Assembly (NCBI GenBank): GCA_050115495.1
Contig: JASFQK010000016.1
Location: forward strand, 75,865 to 139,864
Direction of reading: 5' to 3'
Length of the DNA: 64,000 nt
From: Phycisphaerae bacterium
Lineage (GTDB): Bacteria; Planctomycetota; Phycisphaerae; UBA1845; Fen-1342
A program made the translations under genes and the position numbers. Below the pieces are notes generated by a model. That model was not told where the DNA came from and did no database searches. It saw only the letters and a list, made by a program, of their open reading frames with translations. Shown piece by piece: positions 29,498 through 39,513 of this stretch. The stretch's first letter is position 1, and every line of letters starts with the position of its first letter.

Positions 29498-30811
29498 TCA
29501 ACTCGTCCAGCGGAAGGCGCGGACGCCGATGGCGAAGCAGCCGACGCCGACGGCGATCAGGATTGCGCAGGGGAAGAGCATTTCGGCGGGGGAGAAGCCG
29601 CGCCAGAGGGCACCCTCCATTGCGTGAATGCCCCACTTGACCGGGCTGATGTGGCTGAGCGTCTGCATCCACGGCGGCATGAAGATCCGCGGGACCATTC
29701 CGCCGCCGATCATGGCCATGATGAGCAGCACGGCCCAGCCGATCCCGCCGGCGGACTGCTCGGTTTTGCCCAGCACCGACAGCAGCATCATGATGCCGAC
29801 GAAGCTGAGCGCGACGGAGACGATGGCGAGCGCCAGCAGCCAGACCGAGTGCGGGTACACGCCGAAGACGAAGGCCGCCAGCAGGAGCAGGGTGATCATC
29901 ATGCCCAGTGTGGTCAGCAGGCAGGCGGTGGCTTTGCCGGCGAGGATCTGCCAGCGGGTGATGGGGGCCATGCGCAGCCGCACGAGCGTGCCGCTCGTCC
30001 GTTCGATGACCAGTGAAATGCCGAACGCCGCCGCACAACCCATCACGCCCCAGATGATGCCCTGCGGGAACGACCACGCGTAGCTGCTGGGCAGTGCGTC
30101 TTTGCGCCAGACTACCGCCTCCTGGCGGATTCTGACGGGCTGCCAGCCACCCTGGAACATGCCGACGGGTTGCGTTTCGTCCGTGGCCGAAGCGGTCGTG
30201 GTTGGAGCCGGACCCTGGAGGCCGTTCTGGATGAACGTCTTCAGGGCGGGGAAGAACAGGCTCAGGGCGGCTCGTTGGACGGGGTCTATGTCTTCCGCTT
30301 CGCGAACGTCCTGCTGCCATCGGTCGATGCGCTCGGTCAAGACGTCGGGCTGCTCGAACATCTGCTGCATGCGCTGGAAGGCGCATTTGATGAGCAGGCC
30401 CTGGAGCATGGCGGCTTCGGCCTGACGTGAGGGGTCGATGCCCACATCGATCTCGGGCGGCTCGCCCCAGAACATGCCGTCGCGACGCTCGCCGAAGCCC
30501 GGCGTCAGGACGAGGTAAGCGAGCCGGTCGCCCCGGCGGACGGAGTCGACGGCGTCGTCGCGTTTTGCCGTGGTCACGTCGAGTTCGGCTGTCTTCTGCA
30601 AGTCGGCGATGAACGAGCACGATTCTGCCGTCTGGTCGTCATCGACGACGGCGACTTTGAGCTTCGTCGAGGTCGTGCGGCCGACGCCGGAGAAGATCGC
30701 CCCGAAGAAGATCGCGTACACGAGCGGGAAGATGAAGGCGAAGATGAACCCCGCCTTGTCGCGGAGGAGTAGGCGCAGGTCCTTCGTCGCCAGGGCGAGG
30801 ATCTCGTTCAT
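29498..30811 (-). CDS. ABC-2 type exporter permease
   Basis: KDLRLLLRD, extracytoplasmic loop, ERTSGTLVRLRMAP, 6 TM helices and SPVKW. Confidence 0.9.
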   Translation of the reverse strand: MNEILALATKDLRLLLRDKAGFIFAFIFPLVYAIFFGAIFSGVGRTTSTKLKVAVVDDDQTAESCSFIADLQKTAELDVTTAKRDDAVDSVRRGDRLAYLVLTPGFGERRDGMFWGEPPEIDVGIDPSRQAEAAMLQGLLIKCAFQRMQQMFEQPDVLTERIDRWQQDVREAEDIDPVQRAALSLFFPALKTFIQNGLQGPAPTTTASATDETQPVGMFQGGWQPVRIRQEAVVWRKDALPSSYAWSFPQGIIWGVMGCAAAFGISLVIERTSGTLVRLRMAPITRWQILAGKATACLLTTLGMMITLLLLAAFVFGVYPHSVWLLALAIVSVALSFVGIMMLLSVLGKTEQSAGGIGWAVLLIMAMIGGGMVPRIFMPPWMQTLSHISPVKWGIHAMEGALWRGFSPAEMLFPCAILIAVGVGCFAIGVRAFRWTS

Positions 30812-31656
30812 CAGTCCCTCAGGTGCCGTCCGGTCAGGTTCAGGAAGACCTGTTCGAGGTCGGGCCGGTCGAGGCGAAATTGTTCGAGCGGGCCGGCCTC
30901 CTGTAAGCGCTTCAGCTCGGCGACGGGGTCGTCGGTCTCGATACGCGTCTCGCCGGCGGCGGTGCGGGCCCGCACGATGCTCTGGCCGCCGTGAGCGGCG
31001 ATCAGGGCGTCCACCGTGTCCAGGGCCAGCACGCGGCCGTGGTCGATGATGCAGACGCGGTCGCAGAGGCGCTGCGCCTCTTCCATGTAATGCGTGGTGT
31101 AGACGATCGTGCGGCCGCGCTGTTGCAGAGCGGCGATGCGGTCGAAGATGGCGTTGCGCGATTGCGGATCGACGCCGACCGTCGGTTCGTCCAGCAGCAG
31201 CAGGTCCGGGTCGTGCACGATGGCGACGGCCAGGTTGAGCCGGCGCTGCATGCCGCCGGAGTACGTCTTCGCCGGGTCCCGCCGGCGATCGGTGAGGCCG
31301 ACGAATTCGAGTGCCCAGGCGGCCCGTTCGCGCAGCGTGCGCCCGGTTAAACCCTGAAGCCGGGCGAAGAAGCGGACGTTTTCCTCGCCGCTCAGGTCTC
31401 CGTAGATGGCCATCTCCTGCGGGGCGACGCCGATTCGCCGGCGGACGGCGGCACGCTCGGGCGAACCCTGGCCGTCAAGCTCGACTGTGCCGGCGTCGGG
31501 GCGCAGCAGCCCGATGGCCGTATTGACGGTTGTGGTCTTGCCGGCACCGTTGGGTCCGAGCAGGCCGAAGACCTCGCCGCGTCGAATCTCGAGGGTGAGA
31601 TGGTCGACGGCGATAATCGAGCCGAACGTCTTGCGTAGATCCGTGAGCTTGAGCAT
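30811..31656 (-). CDS. ABC transporter ATP-binding protein
   Basis: GPNGAGKTT, YSGGMQRR, LLLDEPT and TTHYMEEA. Confidence 0.95.
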   Translation of the reverse strand: MLKLTDLRKTFGSIIAVDHLTLEIRRGEVFGLLGPNGAGKTTTVNTAIGLLRPDAGTVELDGQGSPERAAVRRRIGVAPQEMAIYGDLSGEENVRFFARLQGLTGRTLRERAAWALEFVGLTDRRRDPAKTYSGGMQRRLNLAVAIVHDPDLLLLDEPTVGVDPQSRNAIFDRIAALQQRGRTIVYTTHYMEEAQRLCDRVCIIDHGRVLALDTVDALIAAHGGQSIVRARTAAGETRIETDDPVAELKRLQEAGPLEQFRLDRPDLEQVFLNLTGRHLRD

Positions 31657-32026
31657 GAGAGTGGCCCATTCTGGCGGATACGCGCGGCGGCCGTCAAGCG
31701 ATGTGGCGAGCAGTCTGTCGTATGCAGGAAGTACACGCCGTCGTTCATGCAGGACCGCGGCGCGGGTTGTGAATCATCGAGACGATCGCCTCATCGTGCG
31801 TTAACACAAATGGCCCTTGCGGGGCCCGAATCGGCACAAACGGGCGTTCGTTTCCCGCGATTCACACGACGTTAATGTGCGTTGTCTTTTCGTGAATCGC
31901 GTTAAGGATGCGTTCGCGCGACGCGTGCTCCCCGGATTCGGCGTTGCCACGAGAGGTTCAAAGGCCGCCGGCCCCGGGGCGGGTTGCGCGCCCGGGGCCG
32001 GTTCGGTGTGTCGAGAAGCTGTTGGT

Positions 32027-32058
32027 GTCCGACGTCGGCCACGGGGGGCCGACGCTAC
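32027..32058 (-). repeat. REP-like element family R2 (GTAG foot + palindrome), reverse orientation
   Basis: Reverse complement GTAGCGTCGGCCCCCCGTGGCCGACGTCG matches copies at 36219, 39445, 44057, 47586 and 49532. Confidence 0.75.
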
Positions 32059-32129
32059 ATTCCCGGTCGCCGCCACGTACGCCGCCGCGTTTGTGGCCGG
32101 GTTTGCGGCGGGGGATGACCCTGTCGCCG

Positions 32130-33980
32130 CTACGGCCGCAGGATGATCGTGCGGCCGGCGTCGGTGGCCATTTCGTTCAGGGCGTCGCGCAGGGCGAGGA
32201 AGTCGGCCGCGGTCAACTGCCGCTGCGCCAGACGCGTGCGGCGCTGGAGCTTGAGCCCGGATTCCTCGTCGATGACCTGCTGCTGCACCAGGCTGCCGGA
32301 CTCATTCTTCGCCGACACGTTGTGCGGACGAACCTCGACCGTCCAGCCCTCGGGCCACGTGATCGTCAGGTCGAGCAGCTCCTCGTAGGGCCCGGTCAGG
32401 CGCACCGGCTGCGTGCGCTGGCTGTAGTTCGTCGGTAACGGCACTTCAGCCCGGGCGGGGCCGTCCGCATCGAGCGGCAGCCAGAACGCCCCGGCGGTCT
32501 GTTCGAGTTCGTTGGACGACTTCACCTTCGCCTCGACGGCGAACCGCCCGTCGGCCAGCGCCGTCACGGTCGAGCTCTCGACGTCAACGGATGGCAGGAC
32601 CCGGCGAACGAGCGCCCGGACGCGGCTGTTCTGCCCGCCCGTGGTGCGCAGACTCTCCGGCGAGACGAACAGGCCGGTCGTCTCCACCGTGAGATTGCCC
32701 GTATACGTACCGTCGTCGGCGATCTTGATATCGCCGCGAACGACGCAGCGGCTGTCGTTGACGTCGTCCCAGGCCGGCAGGAGGATGCGCTGCACGGCCG
32801 TCTCACGCTGGGCGAGGACGGTGTAGCCGGCCCAGCGAGCGTTGTGCTGGATCCGGCCGCGATGCGGGTCCCACACCTGCGGCACGGGCCCGTTATCGAG
32901 CAGCACCACGTACGCCGACACGAGATCGCGTTGCGGAGCCCGGTCCGTCCAGCGCTCATCGTCGACGAGGACGGCGGGGCGGACGGGCAGGCCGGCGGCA
33001 CGAGCCAGCGATAGCAGGGCGGCCGCGGCTTCCTCCGGCATGCCGTAACACACGCTCATCGTTTCCGACGCCGGCCGCAGCGTGAATGGCCGCCACGACT
33101 GCTCGAACTCGACGAAGCTGTAGCAGTCGGCGAGCTTCTCCTGAATCGCCCGCATCTTGTCCGCCGGCGAGAGCGGCTCTTCGGCCCATTCGTGCGCGAG
33201 GCGGGACACCAGCGGCGATTCGTCCGCCGCCGAGTCGATCCAGCCGAGCGTGGTCTTCAGCCATTCCTCTGTCGTGCCGGCGGTGCTGAACGTCAGCCGC
33301 ATGCCGGGTTCGTTGCGCGTCCACCAGGGCGGCGACTGCGGCTCATGCGGGACGCCGGCGGCGGAACGCAGCGTGTAGCTGGCGTTACCGTCGGTCGGCG
33401 GCACCTGCGAGAAGGAGACGCAGCTCAGTTTCACGCCGTCCGGCGTCGCGATGGTCAGGGTGTGTTCCTGCACCGGGTGCCGGTGGTCGCAGCGGACGTC
33501 CGCGGCGATGTACGGATACGTGCCCGGTTTGCTGGTGATTCGGTATTCGAGCTCGACGACGCAGCCGACCTCGATGCCGCTCATGACCAGCAGATGCTGG
33601 CGGATGGCGGCGAAGGCCGGCCAGCCGGACGTCGAGTCGGGCGTGACGAGGACGTGCGAGTAGTCGGCGAGATCGCGATACGTGCCGTCGGCTCGCTTCA
33701 CACGGGCGTTGATGATTTCGAGCTCGTCGGTATCGGCGTTGTAGGTGATTCGTGGATCGGCGAACTCGCGGTAGGCGCGGTCGTTGTTCAGGCGAACGTG
33801 CTGCTTGCAGTAGTACGCGGTGGAGCCGTCGGCCTTGAGCGTCCACTGCTGCTCCCAGAGCTCGATGACCGCGTCGGGCGGAGCGGCCAGCGCCGGGGCG
33901 GCCAGGGCGACGGTCAGGGCGACGAGCAGGGCCCGCGTCGCCAGTGCGGGCGGTCTCAGGGTGTGTTTAGCGCTGTGCAT
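32130..33980 (-). CDS. DUF3857 / transglutaminase-like domain protein (probably catalytically inactive)
   Basis: Signal peptide, DUF3857-like N-terminus (GIEVGCVVELEY), RPASETM...GMPEEAAA in place of GxCxDxA, and WDP. Confidence 0.7.
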   Translation of the reverse strand: MHSAKHTLRPPALATRALLVALTVALAAPALAAPPDAVIELWEQQWTLKADGSTAYYCKQHVRLNNDRAYREFADPRITYNADTDELEIINARVKRADGTYRDLADYSHVLVTPDSTSGWPAFAAIRQHLLVMSGIEVGCVVELEYRITSKPGTYPYIAADVRCDHRHPVQEHTLTIATPDGVKLSCVSFSQVPPTDGNASYTLRSAAGVPHEPQSPPWWTRNEPGMRLTFSTAGTTEEWLKTTLGWIDSAADESPLVSRLAHEWAEEPLSPADKMRAIQEKLADCYSFVEFEQSWRPFTLRPASETMSVCYGMPEEAAAALLSLARAAGLPVRPAVLVDDERWTDRAPQRDLVSAYVVLLDNGPVPQVWDPHRGRIQHNARWAGYTVLAQRETAVQRILLPAWDDVNDSRCVVRGDIKIADDGTYTGNLTVETTGLFVSPESLRTTGGQNSRVRALVRRVLPSVDVESSTVTALADGRFAVEAKVKSSNELEQTAGAFWLPLDADGPARAEVPLPTNYSQRTQPVRLTGPYEELLDLTITWPEGWTVEVRPHNVSAKNESGSLVQQQVIDEESGLKLQRRTRLAQRQLTAADFLALRDALNEMATDAGRTIILRP

Positions 33981-35967
33981 GGCTGCCCTCCAGTTCGCAG
34001 GTCACGATGTGACCGGTCAGATCCTCGAAGCTCTCCATGACTTCCTTGAAGTTGGCGTATTCCTCGGGCGGGATCTGCCACCGTTTGATGCGCAGCTCGC
34101 ACGTGTAGTGAATCTGGTTGCCGCTGGTCTCGATCTCGAAGTGCAGCGCGGCCGACGGTCCGTCGAGGTCGACGGGGTCGGGCGTCTCGACAACGCTCCA
34201 GCCGTCGGGCAACTGCAACGTCTCCTCGAAGCGGGCCAGCCGCGTGGCCAGCAGGCTGATGGCGTACTTGCGCTCGTCGAGGCCGGTTTTGCCGAACAGG
34301 TCGTAGATGGTGCGGTTGCCGAGCACGCTCTGCATCATCGGCAGGGCGATGAAGCGACGACCGGCGGTGCCCAGGGCGTAGTCGGGAGCCTCGAAATCGC
34401 AGTGCAGCGTCAGCGGCTCGGAGAAATCAACCGGGTCCGTGCAACGAATGTTGCTCGGTTTGGCGTTTGGGGAAAGCCGCTGGAAAGTGTCGTCGAAGAA
34501 CCCCAGACGCTGATCCGGTGGCAGGCCGGCGAGCGTTCGGCGGAGCCGTCCCTCGGGCGTGCCGCAGGCCACGAAGTCGAGCGAGCCGGTCAGCCCGTTG
34601 TGCCCGTCGATAACGGTGCGCGCCTGCCAGGTGGCGGCGCACTCTTCCGGCGGGAAATAGGGCGACTGCGACAGCTCCTTGCCCTCGGGGATGCCGTAGA
34701 CCACGTGCTGCAACGGCTCGAGCGTCGACCAGTTGTCGCGGCTCTTGGTCATCCACGTCGGGTCGAGCAGTTTCAGCGAGCCGTCCGGCCAGCGGATGCA
34801 GGTGACGGCGTGGTTGAACTGGTCGGCCGGGATGCGGTCGACACGTTGCCGGGCCATGGTCATGACCAGGAACGAGTCGTAGCCGGCGACGCGCAACATC
34901 GTTACCAGCATGCCGGCCTTGTCCTTGCACACGCCGCAGCGGTCGTGGAATGTCTCGATGCTCGGGTGAATCGTATAGCCCTCGCACATCCCGCGGCTCG
35001 TGCCGGCGTAGCGGATGTTTTCGGCCACCCAGTGGTTGAGGGCGGTGTACTTCTCCTCGTCGGTGCGGCAGTCCTTGATGACCTCGGCGACGGTGGCCCG
35101 GATGTCGTCGTCGGCCTCGAACTGCGGCTCGCTGACCTCGTAGAGCCAGCGGCCCTTGTCCTGCCACGTGGGCAGCGTGGCCAGCAGGAGCTTCGGGGCG
35201 ACGTTTGGTGCCGGCTCCATGCTCGGCTCGCGCTCGAACGGCGTGATGTTCTCCTTGGTGAAGGTGTACACCATGTGCTCGTCTTCGAGCTGGACGGAGA
35301 CCCGCACCTCGCCGTTGTAGATCTCGTACTGCAACTGCTTGTCCGTCGGCACACGCACCGTGAAGCGCTTCTCGATGATCGGCACGCCGGACCAGAAGTC
35401 GACCTCGTCGTGCCAGTGCCCCGGGACCGGCGGCTGGAGGGCCACGCCTAGCGCGTTGCGGTCGTCGAAGCCCGGGTCCGCGAGGTAGGCCACGTTGAAG
35501 CCGGTCATGCGGGTGATGGACTCAACGGCGTCGCCGATCTCGAGCCGCGGCAGGTCGATCAGGAACTGATCGGTCGGCCAGAAGATGCCGTGGGCCGGCT
35601 GGGGCTGCTGGGCGGGCCGGTCGATCGACACCTCCTCGACGTCGCCGCCGGCGCGGTAGATGCGGAGGGCGACCAGGTCGAGGCGGTTGGTGTGCGGATC
35701 GAAAGGAAAGCGCTGGACGGCCTGGCTGCGGATGCCGCCGTCGCGGAGGATCTTGACGACTTTGTGCTCGGTGGCGATGCCCAGGCCGTTGGGCATGACC
35801 GTAACATCTTTGTCGTCAACGACATAGACGACGTCGGCGTTCCACTTCTCGGCGTCGCCGGCGGCCTCGATCTTGGCGCGGAGATCGTCGTCCGCGCGCA
35901 GGGCCGGCGGGCACAGCAATAGCCCGAGTCCGGCCAGGATGCAGATTCGCAATCGGCAGGTTCTCAT
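33967..35967 (-). CDS. DUF3857 + transglutaminase-like cysteine protease domain protein
   Basis: WVAENIRY, GVCKDKAGMLV, FNHAV and LLDPT (Cys-His-Asp). Signal peptide. Overlaps the next gene. Confidence 0.85.
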   Translation of the reverse strand: MRTCRLRICILAGLGLLLCPPALRADDDLRAKIEAAGDAEKWNADVVYVVDDKDVTVMPNGLGIATEHKVVKILRDGGIRSQAVQRFPFDPHTNRLDLVALRIYRAGGDVEEVSIDRPAQQPQPAHGIFWPTDQFLIDLPRLEIGDAVESITRMTGFNVAYLADPGFDDRNALGVALQPPVPGHWHDEVDFWSGVPIIEKRFTVRVPTDKQLQYEIYNGEVRVSVQLEDEHMVYTFTKENITPFEREPSMEPAPNVAPKLLLATLPTWQDKGRWLYEVSEPQFEADDDIRATVAEVIKDCRTDEEKYTALNHWVAENIRYAGTSRGMCEGYTIHPSIETFHDRCGVCKDKAGMLVTMLRVAGYDSFLVMTMARQRVDRIPADQFNHAVTCIRWPDGSLKLLDPTWMTKSRDNWSTLEPLQHVVYGIPEGKELSQSPYFPPEECAATWQARTVIDGHNGLTGSLDFVACGTPEGRLRRTLAGLPPDQRLGFFDDTFQRLSPNAKPSNIRCTDPVDFSEPLTLHCDFEAPDYALGTAGRRFIALPMMQSVLGNRTIYDLFGKTGLDERKYAISLLATRLARFEETLQLPDGWSVVETPDPVDLDGPSAALHFEIETSGNQIHYTCELRIKRWQIPPEEYANFKEVMESFEDLTGHIVTCELEGSHAQR

Positions 35968-36130
35968 TCGTGGTCTCCAGGATTCTCGCTCGCAACCCCG
36001 CGCGCAACGCTTCAGCTCGCCGCGTGGTCGGGAGTGTACCCGATCCGCCCCGGGGCGGCCAACCCGTGATTGGGGGGGCTTCGGCGGGCTGCTGGCTGGT
36101 AGCCGTCAGCCCTGAGCCTTGAGCCGGAGT

Positions 36131-36247
36131 GTGGCATGCTGAAGCCTTAGGCGCCGGCATGTCTTTCTTCGGCGTCGGGGAGCACATGCCGGCGTTGCGC
36201 TTCAGCGTGGCACACCCCGTGGCGTCGGCCCCCTGTGGCCGACGTTG
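36131..36247. repeat. REPIN-like palindrome R1 (copy 1) + REP R2
   Basis: GTGGCATGCTGAAGCC.TAGGCGCCGGCATGT...ACATGCCGGCG..GCGCTTC.GC.TG.CAC, then GTGGCGTCGGCCCCCTGTGGCCGACG. Confidence 0.85.
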
Positions 36248-36281
36248 ATCGCCGAACGGCGCGAGTCGTGCCGTTTCCGTT

Positions 36282-37676
36282 TCAGGCCGCCGCGTGCCGG
36301 ATGTCGCGCAGCGCCCGCAGGTAGCGCCGAATGGCGAACGCCAAGCCCAGCATCGGCGGCGTGAACACGGCGACCAGCATCGTGCCCTCGGCCAGAAGCA
36401 TTCGGCCGGTTGGCAGGTGGTCGACCCATTTTCCCCACGGCGTGAGTCCGTGCAGCCCGGCAATGGCGAGAAACGACAGCGGCAGCAGAACCCACATCGG
36501 CAGGAGGAGGACGGTCGCGTAGGCGGTCACAACCGTCGTCGGTCGCGGATCACGCAGCCCGAACCGGCAGGCCAGCAGGGCCACACATCCGCCGCCGATC
36601 ATCGTGAGCAGCAGCGGCAACAGCGTGAGCATGCCAAGCACGAAGACCAACTCGAACCAGGATTCGCCGACGTCCGAGTCCGAGCGGATGTCGTACCAAA
36701 CCGGCCCCGCGACCACCAGCAGGACCCAGAGGGCCGCCAGCCAGCAGACCCGCATGGCGAACCGCACCACCTGCTCCTGCCCGTCGTAGACGACGAGCGT
36801 GCGGAAGAAGTGCGGCTGACGCAGGATCCGCCAGGATGTGCCAGGAAACGCCAGAAGCCGCCGGCCGAGACCGCGCGCCGTGGCCCACGCCGGCGGTTGA
36901 CGCGTGCCGGGCAGCGAGGCGGCGACTTCGAGCCCACACTCGGGGCAGCGGCCGTCCGTGGGCAAGCCGGTCAGTCGATAGCCGCATCCGTCGCAGCACG
37001 CCGGCCGGCGTTCGTCGCCATCCTGATCGAGCCAGTGGACACGCGAGCCGAGCCACAGCAGCAGGTGGAGCCAGTACACCGCGGAGGCGACTGCGGCGAG
37101 CACAACCAGCAGGTCTTCATCGAAGCCGGAGTCCGGCATCTCCCGCACCAGTACGATCAGCGCCAGCACGCCGGCGGCACAAGGCACGATGGCCAGGCTG
37201 CTCCAGAGGACGAGCTTGAGCGCCCGGCCGAAAGCCCGTCGCCGCTTGCTGGCGCTGGCGACAAGCGGTAACAGCCCCCAGGCGAGCAGCCAGCAGAGTG
37301 CGTGACCACAAAGCGGCGGGATGACCACCGGCAGCACGTCCCCTCTGCTGACGAGCACGTGCGCCTTCTCCACCGCGATGACCAACGGCAGCCGAATCTG
37401 CTCCCCGAGGCTCAGGCCGGTGAGGTCCTCCGTCACGAGGTCCGGACCGGCGGATTCGAAGACCAGCAGCACGAACGCCGTCCACAGCAGCAGGGGCACG
37501 ATGTGCACCAGCAGCGCGACGAAGATGCTGGTGCAGGCCAGACGTGGACCGAGACGTCGCGGCAGCACGAGCTGTCCCACCAGCGCCGGCAGGAACAGCA
37601 GGACGCCGATCGGCCGGGCCGGGATCGCCGGGGACCGCGGGGCGCATTCCCAATATTCAGGAACGACGTTGGTCAC
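36282..37676 (-). CDS. Polytopic membrane protein with central zinc ribbon, family A copy 1
   Basis: GTG start overlapping the upstream stop (GTGA). About 10 TM helices in two halves around CDGCGYRLTGLPTDGRCPECG. Confidence 0.85.
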   Translation of the reverse strand: MTNVVPEYWECAPRSPAIPARPIGVLLFLPALVGQLVLPRRLGPRLACTSIFVALLVHIVPLLLWTAFVLLVFESAGPDLVTEDLTGLSLGEQIRLPLVIAVEKAHVLVSRGDVLPVVIPPLCGHALCWLLAWGLLPLVASASKRRRAFGRALKLVLWSSLAIVPCAAGVLALIVLVREMPDSGFDEDLLVVLAAVASAVYWLHLLLWLGSRVHWLDQDGDERRPACCDGCGYRLTGLPTDGRCPECGLEVAASLPGTRQPPAWATARGLGRRLLAFPGTSWRILRQPHFFRTLVVYDGQEQVVRFAMRVCWLAALWVLLVVAGPVWYDIRSDSDVGESWFELVFVLGMLTLLPLLLTMIGGGCVALLACRFGLRDPRPTTVVTAYATVLLLPMWVLLPLSFLAIAGLHGLTPWGKWVDHLPTGRMLLAEGTMLVAVFTPPMLGLAFAIRRYLRALRDIRHAAA

Positions 37677-39208
37677 GGCTCGACGTCCTCGCTGTCAGGT
37701 TCGGGCAGGAACTGGCCGATGGGCGTCGGCACCAATTCGGGTTCGCACTTCGGGTACGGCCGTGGCGAGGAGTAGAGCACGTCGTAATCGTCAAACGATC
37801 TGTTCTGGGCACCGTACGCAACACCACCGTCGTCGTCGCCGTCCCGACCGCGACAGTAGAGCACGTAGCCGTCGCCGTCGCGGCGATAGAGAAACGGAGC
37901 GTCGCCGAACGGGTCGAGTGGAAAGTCGGCGATGTACGTGGGGGTCAGTTCCGCGAGTGTCTCCGGATAGACGCCACGTTCGCTGCGAAAGCGGCTGAGG
38001 GCGATCGCCAGACGCGTCCCGTCGACGGCGGCACCAATATCCAGCGCACGTCGGTAGCCGTGCGTAATCACGGAGACCTCTGCGTAGCGCAACGCGGGGC
38101 CATCGACCAGGCTGAAGGGGACCGTGCGTCTGTACAGACGGTCCATCTCCGTCGCCGCGTCTGCGTACGTCAGCTCGGGCAACCGGCGCAGGTCGTCGCA
38201 GTATCGTGCCCACTTGGCCTCGACCGTGCGGCGATCGCTGTAGAGGAATGATGTGAGGTTCCAGAGCGGGTGCTGCGCGGCGTCTTCGCCGGGAGGTTCG
38301 GTCAGGAGCCGTTCCATCAGCAGCCGTTGCCGACTGAGGACGTACCAGCCGTGGCCGCTGGCGTCACGCGTGTAGCAGGTGTCGATGATGGTCTGGTACA
38401 TGACCTCGTTGCCGGCGATGGCTCTCGACCACATCTGGCTCGGCGTGGGTAGCTGACGCAACACGCGGTCGATGTCGGCGGCGAGAGCGTCGTCGAGCGT
38501 GTGCTCGCGGCTCATGTGCTGCAGTTCTGTGAGGCAGCGGTAGAAGCACGATTCGCGGACGAGCATCACGATTAGCGTGTCGACCGATTCCGGCTGCGCC
38601 AGCCACAGGGCGGATTGCAGGTCTTCCCAGGCCATCGCCAGGTCGCCGCGCTCGGCGTGCTGGTAGCGGGCGTCAGCGGTCAAGTGTGCGGCCATCTCGC
38701 GCATGTGCGTCAGGTCGATCCCCTCGTAGCCGTCCTGCAGAGTGCGCATGTGATCGTATTGCCACGGCCGCCCGCGCAGGTCACGCAGCGCGGCGAGGCG
38801 CTGCCGGGTAGCATCATCTGTGAGATGGGTGATCGCCGCTTGGAGGTGGGGGCGGTCCGCCGGCGTCCATTCACCGCGGGCCACGTCCTCCATGTCGAGG
38901 TCGTTCTGTCGATAGCTCTGGGGCCGCTCCCAACGCATCCCTGCCGGCGGCGCCGGCAGGACGAGCGGTACGTCTTCCGTCAGGGCGAGGACGTGCTCGG
39001 TCACTTCCGCCGTCACGTCGTCGGGTTTCGGCGGGCCCGGCGTGGTGACGCCCTCGAAGATGTCCTCCACGCGCCGCGGCGGCTCGACGGTCAACCGCAG
39101 GTATACGTACCGCGTGCACCACCCGACGAGCAGAAGGGCGATCACCAGGTGCAGGCCCCTGCGGCGCCAGCGGCGGGCGCGGTCGGTCCTCCCCGGTACA
39201 GCAGTCAT
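37673..39208 (-). CDS. N-anchored protein with pseudopilin/GspG-like C-terminus, family B copy 1
   Basis: Basic N-terminus + TM. C-terminal ALSRFRSERGVYPETLAELTPTYIADFPLDPF...YVLYCRGRDGDDDGG. Confidence 0.85.
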   Translation of the reverse strand: MTAVPGRTDRARRWRRRGLHLVIALLLVGWCTRYVYLRLTVEPPRRVEDIFEGVTTPGPPKPDDVTAEVTEHVLALTEDVPLVLPAPPAGMRWERPQSYRQNDLDMEDVARGEWTPADRPHLQAAITHLTDDATRQRLAALRDLRGRPWQYDHMRTLQDGYEGIDLTHMREMAAHLTADARYQHAERGDLAMAWEDLQSALWLAQPESVDTLIVMLVRESCFYRCLTELQHMSREHTLDDALAADIDRVLRQLPTPSQMWSRAIAGNEVMYQTIIDTCYTRDASGHGWYVLSRQRLLMERLLTEPPGEDAAQHPLWNLTSFLYSDRRTVEAKWARYCDDLRRLPELTYADAATEMDRLYRRTVPFSLVDGPALRYAEVSVITHGYRRALDIGAAVDGTRLAIALSRFRSERGVYPETLAELTPTYIADFPLDPFGDAPFLYRRDGDGYVLYCRGRDGDDDGGVAYGAQNRSFDDYDVLYSSPRPYPKCEPELVPTPIGQFLPEPDSEDVEP

Positions 39209-39295
39209 CGAAGCCCTCCACGTCCGCTCGATTGCGGCAACGATCGCGCGTCACCATGAGCGACCGGCCCGCCGCCACAACGCTATCTGGCGTGC

Positions 39296-39323
39296 ATTCT
39301 CCGCCGGCGATCCGTCCCGTCAA
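39296..39323 (-). promoter_or_regulatory. Conserved module promoter (before B1)
   Basis: TTGACG-N16-GAGAAT, followed by AGATAGCGTTGTGGC. Confidence 0.65.
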
Positions 39324-39341
39324 CCCGGCGGGTGGGCGGGT

Positions 39342-39473
39342 GTGGCATGCTGAAGCCCTAGGCGCCGGCATGTCTTTCTTCGGCGTCGCTGAACACATGG
39401 CGGCGCTGCGCATAGGCATGGCACACATCCGTGGCGGCACCGACGTAGCGTCGGCCCCCGTGGCCGACGTCGA
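39342..39473. repeat. REPIN-like palindrome R1 (copy 2) + REP R2
   Basis: Same sequence family as 36131-36247. Confidence 0.85.
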
Positions 39474-39513
39474 TTACCAAGGAACGCTCGAATCGCACGC
39501 TCGCCCCGCGGCC

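Noticed and set aside
31920..32000. tRNA-like GGTTCAAA motif
   Set aside because: No T-stem pairing or cloverleaf. The adjacent GGCCCCGGGGCG/CGCCCCGGGGCC hairpin is more likely a terminator-type structure.
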